64,000 bases of DNA from a virus, in the IMG/VR virus record IMGVR_UViG_3300036846_000800, positions 7,104 through 71,103 of that record; one strand, written 5' to 3'. The notes beneath the pieces were generated by a model that saw only the letters and a program-made list of their open reading frames with translations, was not told where the DNA came from and made no database searches. The number at the start of each line of letters is the position of its first letter. The stretch's first letter is position 1. This document shows positions 10,001 through 18,900 of this stretch, piece by piece. Made by a program: the position numbers and the translations under genes.

Positions 10001-11576
10001 CGCCGATCTTCGCGCGCATCTCAGCCGAGCGCATCACTCTCGTCCAGTCCGGCATCTTGGCTGGATTGGAGCCCATCGCATTACGGATCGCGGACACTGC
10101 ACCAATGCGATAGCCTTCGCGCTCGCTGCTGCTCATCTCCGCAAGGCGCGCCGTCAGCTCCTCGGCTGTCATGTTCCGACTGATGATGCTCTTGCCTTCA
10201 CCAATCGCCTCCAGATACGCGCTTGGACCGGCCCAGGCCTCGCGCGCTGCTCTGTAAGAAGGAACCTCTGCATCCAGATTAGCGCGCAGGTCTTGCGTGA
10301 GCTTCGTGAGAGTACGCGCCTTCTGACTCTGACCGGCCCTGATCGCGGCCGAGGTCATGTCATCAAGCTGTCGCTTGGTGTAGTCCCAGAACTGGACATT
10401 CGGAAAAGCCGGTATCTGCCCGCCGGTGAATGTCAACATTCCTCCACGGTCTACGACAGCACCTGGGTTCATCGCGCCATAGCCATCGGCGACTGCGTTG
10501 TTTCTCCAGACCGACACCGCCTTGCGCATGGCAGCCTGCACGAACGGTGCAGCCGTCAGCTGTTCAAGCTTGGGATTCCAGACAGCACGATCGCCATCAG
10601 CATAAGTCTGCTCGTAAAGCGGCGCAGCATTGGCTTTGCGCTCCGCCATCGTCTCCTCGATGGCTTTATAGGCAGTCTGCCGTGTACCGGTGGCCGCCGT
10701 CAGGTCGTTGGCAAGCCGCCCCATCTGTGCTTTTTGGCGCTGCTCCAGAAACGGAACAACGAGATTGCGACCAGCCCCTGGTTCCTGTGCAACATTCTCC
10801 AGCAGATCGCGCACACCCTGCTTGGCAACATCTGCGATCGTGGCCTCGGGCTTGACCTGACGAACCTCCTGCAGACGCTGGATCAATGCCTCGGGTGTAT
10901 CGTTGTCGGCTTTCAGTGCCTTCGCCATTCTGGCGGCAGCGGCAGTGTCTTCACCGATACCGGTGAGACGCCCAAGGATTTTTGCTCCTGCTGAAAAACC
11001 AATGCCGCCAGCTGTTGCCCCGGCGAGCGCGCCGCCGATGCGACCGGCCGCTTCGTATCCCGGCCCCGCCGGTTCCAGGGCTTGGCCACCCGCCTCTGAC
11101 GCCAGACCTCCCGCGACTGCCGCCGGGATTCCTACCGCGAGCTTACCGGGCATGGCCGCAGCACCCGGCACGAACTCCGATGCGGTACGCGCATACTTCC
11201 CCGCCGTCGTTGCGGGCTCTGGCAGATATTGCTCAATGCCCTTCTTCCCTGTCGGGACTTCCGCAACGGGCTTGGTGAAGTACTCAGGCAGGTATGGTTT
11301 TGCTTTTGCCCAGATACCAAACGGGTCCTCATTGCCGTGGCTCAGCTCACCTAGACCAGCATCCTCGGCCGCCTTGACCAGCTGTGCTGGCCCGGTAGCC
11401 ATCGTCTCGACACCCTTGATCAGACCTGCTGGGACTTGCTTAGCAACATCGATCGCTGTCTCACCCCAAGTCGGATCATGCTTCTGCAGGAAGGCATTGG
11501 GGTCAAACCCGCCGCTCGCTGTCGGTGCTTCGTGCTTCTGCAGAAAAGCATTAGGATCGAACTCGTCAGCCATCAC
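7047..11576 (-). CDS. large internal virion/ejection protein with C-terminal glycosylase-like (DUF7178-like) domain
   Basis: 1509 aa; N-terminal FDPNAFL repeats; Ala-rich helical body; C-terminal WYN...TVDTHD...QAATW; position at the end of the tail module. Confidence 0.65.
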   Translation of the reverse strand: MMADEFDPNAFLQKHEAPTASGGFDPNAFLQKHDPTWGETAIDVAKQVPAGLIKGVETMATGPAQLVKAAEDAGLGELSHGNEDPFGIWAKAKPYLPEYFTKPVAEVPTGKKGIEQYLPEPATTAGKYARTASEFVPGAAAMPGKLAVGIPAAVAGGLASEAGGQALEPAGPGYEAAGRIGGALAGATAGGIGFSAGAKILGRLTGIGEDTAAAARMAKALKADNDTPEALIQRLQEVRQVKPEATIADVAKQGVRDLLENVAQEPGAGRNLVVPFLEQRQKAQMGRLANDLTAATGTRQTAYKAIEETMAERKANAAPLYEQTYADGDRAVWNPKLEQLTAAPFVQAAMRKAVSVWRNNAVADGYGAMNPGAVVDRGGMLTFTGGQIPAFPNVQFWDYTKRQLDDMTSAAIRAGQSQKARTLTKLTQDLRANLDAEVPSYRAAREAWAGPSAYLEAIGEGKSIISRNMTAEELTARLAEMSSSEREGYRIGAVSAIRNAMGSNPAKMPDWTRVMRSAEMRAKIGAMMPNPGANQNFQQALDHEIATAEVTAQSLGNSATFRRQAQAQEADSIFGQLARDAFAHKLGLGFFKSIYQNTLGKPTQAWLHAKSNESLAKMLTDITPAAPLRLTVRPSSRRGAALPTAGGVGVGLGATLPNVEEPQPESRQAGGGVPAIGGTGGRSQGAGAAAGARGPRPWPSQALQDGGEAREQSAAPVGLREKHEALLGSSPGSGGFSAQLAAQKRPLKVAKGPPATSREDIYNQLRGRGIPAEGWGAFEADTTPEGYLPRVDSRARGGSLDYPTGEREITGRAKRVDPTDNSQWENEDDENYTDPTSRVMTPGESFIDYSQSQGWRDPGTGIYQTLGMADGGLAEQVGVNDVGRNRYVPPPRADWNAPLDPQVLHHYLAAVGNPSYPTFPPFGGIPMNQEALASFPESLNIEDRRGGGSRDPTRRRAEGGDVPEMPEALERDAFERTAAAHPALTRAAGAAAANREAKEAGAPPSAAARALDYAGRQGGNAFFRPEEFDPAPSAETAMAVVGSPFSAVRGAGTVLGAGAVRRTPQLAARASPEEIARAAEASGEMTQPQLRQLYHDLGLIGQPPSSLVKPSLQTQTPAAIEAATRLKMADRAALETLTSEERKAFQQGRLKKPGFQLPSQEAAEPGKQAFAPVKKEITRAEKEFDVLREQGTAPSIFDLSPETLRRMPDVEQFPLPRVAPKMTERLAPAAQGGLRRIESAAGKAGPGDWGWYNIQEPLATFPQILGPERGPQAQRAWIDALAGTSMVNPISSNVRGSSYYLGNVMRGEPLPQVISMTDPVSGKTVQALAGPPPAGYGAKSQVQHAARVREYLQNMGDPVSNPKPFSYRQNLSGNYGPRTVDTHDIRNMVGMPYGAEAFGEGATAGGLLPGEYAALERLGGRAAQRAGVPQAQQQAATWIGGGEYTGLKSIPVPLAVELNRRAWVTAKVRGITPEQAWAEHVTGRRPLLGLGGAAVVGAGALRPGGEEQQ

Positions 11577-14500
11577 TGAATCCCCAACGTCTTCTTGACC
11601 CTTGCGGCATTTGGATCATTGGGATTATTTCTGAGCCACTCCTCCGCCTTCGCTCGCTCGTCACCAGAGATTGTTGGTGCAGCTGGAGCCGTCTTGCGGG
11701 CAGACGGCGGCGCAGATTCAGGCCGGTTCTTGAGAACATCACCGGGCTTGTATTCCTCCCTCGACTTGATCCCCAGGAACTCATCCAAGGCACCCTTTGT
11801 AGTCGCCTGCTCCCGGCTCATATCGATGAGCATCTGATCCACGACCGCGCCCATCTGACCATGCGTGTATCCTTGTTCAAGCAGTGAGCGCGCATGCTCT
11901 CTCATGCCTTCGGTGGTGACGCCGGTTCGCGTCAGCGCATTGGCATAGCTGGCAGCCAACGTCTCGACGGCGACACCAAGCCTCCTGACCTCTGTACCGC
12001 CGGTGTTCTTCTGATAAGCCAGAATCACATCATTGAGCTTCGGATATTGCGTTCTCGGAATCCTGGCTGAAATATCCAATACGATAGGTGCCGTGCCCTG
12101 AACGTTCGCAATCGCCGTCTCCATGCTGGCGAGACGATTGGCAAGCACGCGCGCACCAGACTTCATCCCACCGAACTTGGCGACCATTGCGTTCGCTTCG
12201 TCAGGTCCCTTTCCTTGCTCGGTGTAGTAATCCGCAGCACGGTTTTTGTAGGCTTGCTTGAGCTTGCCCATCTCCTTGCTGTTTCCAAGGTTCTGCAGGA
12301 TCGAAGTGTCACCCTTGGCCAGCCGCTGCGCATTGAAATCAAACTGCTCCGGTGAGGTGTTATTCTTTTCCAGAAGCTTGCGAAGCTCCGCCTCCTTGGC
12401 GGGCGGATTCTTGTAGCGATAGCCCTCCCTCGCGACCTGAGCTGCCGTCTCCTTCTGATCGTCAGTCGTGACCGGCGCACCCGGCCCACCGGATATCGTC
12501 TCCACATCTGGCGTGGTGGCCTGTGTCTGCCGCTGCGTAGTTGATGGTGCAGCAGGCTGTGCTGGCTGTGCCGGCTGCGCTGGTGCCGGTGCTGCAGGCG
12601 CGTTACCTACGCCCGTCGACGGCGCAACTGGAGCTTTTACAGATGGAGCTGTCGGCGCGGGCTGCGCTGGTGCCGGTGCTGCGGGCTGTGCAGGAGCCGT
12701 TTGTGTCGGCCACGGTTGCTGCGGCGGCGCATTTGGGTCTTCCGGCGGCGTGTACCGCTTGTAGCCCCCTTGTCCATCCGGGACCAAAACATCATCACCG
12801 ACCTTGAACGGTTTGCCTTCAGTCACCCCATGTTGTCGCTTGGACTCTTCCAGCTGCGCCTGACCAGGACTCTTCAAGCCAAGGTCCATTATCTTGCCAT
12901 CGCTGTGACGAACAGCCACCATTCCATCAGCGGTGGTGATTATCTGCGGCTTTTCATCGAGCACACGGTTGCGCTCAGCAATCTGCTGCGCCGACATCGA
13001 CTGTGCTGCACCACCGATGGCGCTAAGCTCCCGACCCCTGATGCCGGGCTTGGCCATCAGCGCGGTGCCGAACTGCCAGAACGGATTGGTTGCCAAGCGC
13101 TGGGCAAACGTTGCAGGAGGCGCACCCATACCGGGGATTTGGCGCGACCCGCCAGGAGGGCCGGCGCCGACCCTGGGGCCAGCCATGCCCTGCTGCTTCT
13201 GCTCGCCGTCTGTAACCCCGACCTTCTCTCGCTCGCCTTCCGGGTACTTCTGCTGCGCAACGTCAGCGCCCTGCGGCCCGCGCGGGCCGATCCCCGTCAT
13301 GCTGGGTCCGGTATATCCAAACCGACGTGCTGCCGGGAGATCAGGCCCCTCGACACCAGCATATTCCGTCCCACTCCCGGTCTGTACCGAGCCGGTCTGC
13401 GGGCCGCCGGCAAACCCAACGTAGCGTCCCGTGCGCGGGTCAAAGCTGGCATTGCCGGTCGCAAAGTTCACCGGGTTGGCACCGCCCCATAGCGCCGGAC
13501 TGACGCCGATACCGGATGCAGCACGGGCGTTCGTCGTCGTCCCGGGGTAATACCGATCCGGCGTGTCAGGACCTCGGCTCAACGTATAAGGCAGCGACTC
13601 GCCGCGTGCTGCAGCCCGATCCAGAGTGAGCGCTTGATAAGCGTTACGCGCCGCCGGGTTGGTGCCAACTTCCGCCGTAGTATTCGCGTCGAATTTTTGC
13701 CTCAGCGCCGGATTGCTCTCCAACATCGGTCGGAAGCGCTCGCGCACCCGCGCAAGGTTGGGCATGTCCTCAGCCTGCTTGGGTAACTCGCCGCTGGGTG
13801 AGCCGCGCGCCGGCCCAGCAATCCCAGGCGACAGCTCTCGCCCCCTCGGATCAAGCACACCGAGATCGGTCATCGTGAGCTGATCGTCGTCAACGTCACC
13901 ACCTTCCTGGCGCCTTTGCGGTGCGTGGGGTGGGAGCGCCATCGGCCCGACGACCTTGGGGTAGCTCTTGGGATCGCCCTTGTAGCGGAAGCCGTAGAGC
14001 GGCTCGCCGCCGTCGGTCTTACCCACACGCTGCACATCGGTCTTGGTCTTGGGATCGGACAGCGCGAACAAGCTCGTCGCCACCGGGATGGCCTTGGTGG
14101 CCAGCTCCAGGCCCGATTGCAGCGTGCTCTTCTGTGGGACAGCAGCTGTTCCAGCCGTCTGCTGTATCGGGAACGTCGGTGCCTGCCCTTTGATATTCGG
14201 CCGGCCGAACAGACTAGAGATGTTCACCCGCTGGTGCTGCGGAGTGTTGTATCGCGTGGAGGACGCTGCCGGCGCCGGCTCGCTGCCGCGATCCCCGCGA
14301 TCCTGGTATTCCGGCAACCCCGCCGGCTCGTGATCGCCGTACTCGTCGTCGTCGGCCGAGCCGCCGTCCGCCAGCATGGGGATGGCCACCAATCCACCGT
14401 TGCTGTGGCGGGCAAGTATGATAGGCACGAGCCCACCGCGTGCGCGCGGCCTGACAATGCCGCCACGTTTCTGGCCGCCAGCGCCAGTGGCAGCACCTAT

Positions 14501-15265
14501 GAGACCGATGCCCGCGCCCGCCGCGCCTATGGCCTGGGCAGCGCCGCTTTGCGAAGGAGGATTGTTGGAGCCGGCCGCAGTCTGGCCAAGCAATGGTCCC
14601 ACGCCGCCCAGCAGACTGCCGTACCAGTTCAGCGACTGGAACGGATAGGCCGAGGACATCATCGCGTTTTGCTGCGCGACATCCGCCTCCTTCTGCGCCT
14701 GCTGCTGCTGCATGGTGCCCCAGCCCAGCGCAGCACCCGCACCCTGCAAGCCCATCGTCTTGAGCTGGTTGTACTCGTTGAGCGCCTGCGTGTAGCCGGC
14801 CTGACGTAATCCAGCGATCACCGGCGCCTGTGCCAGCTGCTGCTGACCGGCCATAACCCCCTGGGCAACGCCCGCGCGATCGCCGCCGAAGGCATTGCCA
14901 GCCTTGATCGCACCACTGAGCAGGTCGTTGGACTGGATCGCGTTCTGATTGTTGAACCAGTCCTGGGTCTTGTTCACCACGTCTTCGGTGAAGGGAGATT
15001 CAATGCTCTGCACCTTGGCGGGGTCGAAGTTCCCCATATCCAGGCCTTGATTGAACAGCGTGTTGCCGGCCTGCGTCTGCTGCGCGTTCAGCGGCGCAAC
15101 TGTTCCCAGCATCGCCGGATTGAACGCCGTCTTTGACACGTCGTTCGCCCGGTTGAGGAAGTCGGTGTAGAGGTTACCCGCAAACTGGCTTGGCGCCGTT
15201 GTCGAGTTAAACGTGGTCGACGCCGCGCTGGGAACTGGAGGTGAGCCGCCGCCCTTACCGCACAT
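11573..15265 (-). CDS. internal virion/pilot protein with S74-like chaperone fragment and cell-wall-hydrolase-like domain
   Basis: 1230 aa; MCGKGGG start; Gln-rich pilot-like N-terminus; SDPKTKTDVQRVG...LYGFRYKG...GPMA; AEVG...DRAAARG...YYPG. Confidence 0.65.
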   Translation of the reverse strand: MCGKGGGSPPVPSAASTTFNSTTAPSQFAGNLYTDFLNRANDVSKTAFNPAMLGTVAPLNAQQTQAGNTLFNQGLDMGNFDPAKVQSIESPFTEDVVNKTQDWFNNQNAIQSNDLLSGAIKAGNAFGGDRAGVAQGVMAGQQQLAQAPVIAGLRQAGYTQALNEYNQLKTMGLQGAGAALGWGTMQQQQAQKEADVAQQNAMMSSAYPFQSLNWYGSLLGGVGPLLGQTAAGSNNPPSQSGAAQAIGAAGAGIGLIGAATGAGGQKRGGIVRPRARGGLVPIILARHSNGGLVAIPMLADGGSADDDEYGDHEPAGLPEYQDRGDRGSEPAPAASSTRYNTPQHQRVNISSLFGRPNIKGQAPTFPIQQTAGTAAVPQKSTLQSGLELATKAIPVATSLFALSDPKTKTDVQRVGKTDGGEPLYGFRYKGDPKSYPKVVGPMALPPHAPQRRQEGGDVDDDQLTMTDLGVLDPRGRELSPGIAGPARGSPSGELPKQAEDMPNLARVRERFRPMLESNPALRQKFDANTTAEVGTNPAARNAYQALTLDRAAARGESLPYTLSRGPDTPDRYYPGTTTNARAASGIGVSPALWGGANPVNFATGNASFDPRTGRYVGFAGGPQTGSVQTGSGTEYAGVEGPDLPAARRFGYTGPSMTGIGPRGPQGADVAQQKYPEGEREKVGVTDGEQKQQGMAGPRVGAGPPGGSRQIPGMGAPPATFAQRLATNPFWQFGTALMAKPGIRGRELSAIGGAAQSMSAQQIAERNRVLDEKPQIITTADGMVAVRHSDGKIMDLGLKSPGQAQLEESKRQHGVTEGKPFKVGDDVLVPDGQGGYKRYTPPEDPNAPPQQPWPTQTAPAQPAAPAPAQPAPTAPSVKAPVAPSTGVGNAPAAPAPAQPAQPAQPAAPSTTQRQTQATTPDVETISGGPGAPVTTDDQKETAAQVAREGYRYKNPPAKEAELRKLLEKNNTSPEQFDFNAQRLAKGDTSILQNLGNSKEMGKLKQAYKNRAADYYTEQGKGPDEANAMVAKFGGMKSGARVLANRLASMETAIANVQGTAPIVLDISARIPRTQYPKLNDVILAYQKNTGGTEVRRLGVAVETLAASYANALTRTGVTTEGMREHARSLLEQGYTHGQMGAVVDQMLIDMSREQATTKGALDEFLGIKSREEYKPGDVLKNRPESAPPSARKTAPAAPTISGDERAKAEEWLRNNPNDPNAARVKKTLGIQ

Positions 15266-15905
15266 GTTCCTCTCCGCTCTTGTTGCTTCGGCTTACGCGA
15301 ATCAACGTCTCGACTTGCGGCCGTACCCGTTCTTCTCCGCGCGAACGTCCGCTATTGAGCTTGTTCAAATCCTCGATAGCCGTCATCTCACGCCGCGCTA
15401 GATCACCCTGGCGCGGCGTCTCGCCATACATGAAGAAGCCGCCGACGCAGGGCACATGTCGCGCATACATACGAATTTTCGCCTCGGTGCGTAAAAAACT
15501 AATGATCCCGCAGAAGAACGGCATGATCTTCCCGCGCGTCTTGAACCACTCGTGCGCCCACTTGCCCTGCTCTAGGAGCTTCCTCCCGTAGTCGCTCCTC
15601 CGAAAATCAGGGTGCACGTAATTCCAGCGCTCCAGCAGATACTCGTCATCGCTGTACCAATCGCTGGCAATGCACATGCCCAAAGTCGCCACCACGCGTG
15701 GTCCCTCATCGATCACAAAGATGATCCCACCCTGGCGCTCGGTCGCAAGACGAATGCCGGCGAGAACCTTCTCGCGGTTCATGCTGAACATCGCGTTCTC
15801 AGCATGCAGCAACACCAGCAACCCAAATATCTCGCCCTCGTCAGCCTTGGTCGCGAGCCGCACTCCCGGCACACCTGCTTCGAGATCGAACAACGGAGGT
15901 TTCAC
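15255..15905 (-). CDS. GNAT-like N-acetyltransferase-fold protein
   Basis: VRLAT..D, NYVHPDFRRSDYGRKLL acetyl-CoA-binding-like motif. Confidence 0.7.
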   Translation of the reverse strand: MKPPLFDLEAGVPGVRLATKADEGEIFGLLVLLHAENAMFSMNREKVLAGIRLATERQGGIIFVIDEGPRVVATLGMCIASDWYSDDEYLLERWNYVHPDFRRSDYGRKLLEQGKWAHEWFKTRGKIMPFFCGIISFLRTEAKIRMYARHVPCVGGFFMYGETPRQGDLARREMTAIEDLNKLNSGRSRGEERVRPQVETLIRVSRSNKSGEEHVR

Positions 15906-18900
15906 TGCACAGGCCTCGGTAGTTTCTGGAGATGACTGATCACATGCTTGCGCACCATCAACACACTGTTGGAGAGAGTCTTCTTACCCAGCTCAGGATC
16001 ACCCTGGCCCAGCTCACGCACGAACTCGGGGTCGACCAGACACTCGCCACCCGCCGTCACGATGGGCACCAGATCATCGGTGTCACCGCCCTGCGCAAAC
16101 CCCTTGGTGACGCCCCTGGATATCTGAGCCGTCGGCGCCCGCACTGCACGCGAGCGCATCGCGTTCTGGATGCCCATCGGCCCAATGCTGTGCGAGATCG
16201 CCTGCCCCCACAGCTTGGCGCCGGCATTGGTGTTGCCCTGACCGAGGCCCGAGACCACGTCAGCTGGAAGCACGAACGATCCGGGCGCCGTCCGCATCGG
16301 GATGCGATCGGTGCGGCCGGCCACCGAGCTGTTGATCAGATGCACCCCAGGCGGGTTGATGGCCGGACGGATGTTCGCCCCACTGTAGTGCGCTTGGCTT
16401 GCCATCGAGCGCATCTGCGCGGGACCAAACGACTTGAGCCCACCAACCGCGTAGTACCCCGGCTCGGTCACATAGCCGCCCTCGGCCATGCCGAAGGAGG
16501 GCTGCGGTTGCTGCAGCGTGAGGGTCTTGCTGTCATCCTGAGCCGGCGCCGGGTTCTGCTCCTTGCGCGAGAAGCCGATCTCACCAAACATCTGCCCCAG
16601 CTGCTGATCATTGAAACCGGCATTGGTCAGCCCAGCAGCAATCCTCGGATCGCTCTGCATTGCCCCGGCCGCTTGCCCAGGGTTCTGCGCAACCATCCGC
16701 TCGGTCTCGCCACCCATCTCGCTGACGCTCTGGCTGGCACCAGTACGCCCGCCGAGGCCGCCGGGACTGACCCCGGGACCAACAAGACCAGGAGCGGCAC
16801 CAGTACGACCGCCTGTGCGACCGCCGGGGGTCGGCGCTTCGGTTTCCGGCGCTTCGGTCTCTGGGGTGCCGGCTTGCGCAGTCGGCCCAGCCGGTGAACC
16901 GGTAGCTGGCTCGCCGCTGCCGGGTGCAGGCGCGCCACCGACAGGCGCTGCCTCGCCACCAACCCCGGGAGTAGCCGGCGCAGTCTGGGCTGTCTGCGCT
17001 GGCGTCGCTGCAGGCACGCCCTGAATGCCGGTGAAACTTGGAACACCGGTGAAACCCTGCTGCGGATTGTCGGGCTGATCGGTGAAGGCTGCCGGTGCAG
17101 CAATCGACCCATGCGGCCCAAGACCAGCAATGGACGGACCAACCTGTCCATGCGGCCCAGCAGCGGGGTCGCCTCGACCTGGAGATACGCCGTAGGGCGC
17201 GGTCGCTCTGTCGCCCTTGTCGGCAAGATTCGATGGGGTTGCCGGAACGCCACTGCGACCCTGGATACCGGGGAAGCCACCGATCGGGTCGCCCGGTTGG
17301 GCGAGCGCGGGACCGAACACATCAAGAGCTGGTCCCAGCTGTCCCGGCTGGGCCAGACCGTAAGGATTGGCCAGGGTTTGTGGCGCCTGCGTTACAGTCG
17401 TCGGAGCAGGACTGGGGAAATCCGTCAGCGCCTCGGTCTGGGCGCCGAGCGTGCTCTCCCAGCCACCCGGCAATCCACCTGTTGTACTCTTCCCACCGGT
17501 AAAGCCAGTGACATAACTAGGAGCAGCAGTCGGCTCAGCAGTCGGTGCGGGAGACAGATCAGTGAAGGCGTTACTCACTGTCTGGTTGGGCGACGTCAGA
17601 TCGTCAAAGGCATTGCTCACCGTCTGGTTTGGCGACGTCGTTAAATCTTCAAAGGCTTGGGACACCGTCTGGTTAGGACTGGGAGTGGGATTACTTAAAT
17701 CCATACTCTCAAAGTCAGGGCTGGGGAGGTCCGCAAAGGCTTGAGACACCGTCTGGTTAGGGCTCATGCTCGCAGGCGCCGCGATGCTGCGATCAGCAGC
17801 AGTGAGCGTGTCCTGCGCTACCGATGGCACCGCATACGACGGGGTCGCCATCGGGTTGGCGTGCGCTGCCGCAAGGTTCTCCATGTCCTGTTGTGTGGCA
17901 GGTTGGCCCTTCTCCCCCAGGGCCGTGAAGGCATTGCTTACCGTCTGATTTGGCGACGTCAAAGCATCGAAGGCAGCGCCCACTTGCGCGTTGGGCGATC
18001 CGGCAAGCGCGTCAAAGCTATTCGCAACCGACTGCGCCGCCGTCGGCCCCTGCGTGGTCTGCCCGACGTTCGACATGCCAGTGAAGGCACCGGGCGCGAA
18101 GCCCGCTGGATCGCCCTTGCCGCCAGTGAAGCTGGTCTGGGCACCGGGCGTCACCCCCTCAAAGCCGGTCATGCCGGGGCCAACCATGCCGGTGACCGCA
18201 CTGGGGGCGGCCATGTTGCCGTAGCTTGGATCGCCGAGCCCCGCGTGAGTGGCGGCGGCTTGCGTCGCACCGCGATCGCCCTTGCCCTGCGTGCTCTCGT
18301 AGCCGAGCGAGGGCTGACCGGTGAAGGCGCCGGGAGAGAAGCCGTAGCTCGGATCAGCGGCGAAGGACGTCACCGCACCGGGGGTCGGCCCCTCGAAGCC
18401 GCTCATGGTACCGCCGATCTGACCCGGCGCCGCCAAGCCGGGGGCCGCCATGTTCTGTGCCGCCGCCGTCAGCGCATTGGTCAGGCCCTGCGATGGTGCC
18501 GGCGCGTCCGCCAGCGCATCGAAGCCCGCTCCCACCGCCTCGGCGGCACTCGGGGCACCGGTGAGCCCAGCCAGCCCCATGTTCCCGCCAACCACACCGT
18601 AATTTGCCGCCTGCGCTGACCCAACGAGTCCGCCGCCCAGGTTGGCTTCTCCAGGTGTTGGCGTGTTGAACGACGGGGCCGGACCAATATCGAACGGGCT
18701 AGGCGCAGGCGTGAACGTCGGTGGTGCAACAGGAGCGAGCGGTACTGCCGGCGATACCGGAACTGTCGGATCGACAACCGGCTCGTCGTGGGTCATGCCC
18801 ACATACGGATCAAGCGAAACCGCTGGCGCGGCCAGCGCGGGCGCACCGTGCGCCACACCGGTATAACCAAGGCTTTCGATAGCTCCAGTGATGGCGTTGG

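Noticed and set aside
17555-18040. Possible CRISPR array from the repeated ACCGTCTGGTT
   Set aside because: Repeats are in-frame coding units with synonymous variation, there are no unique spacers of regular length, and no cas genes are present.
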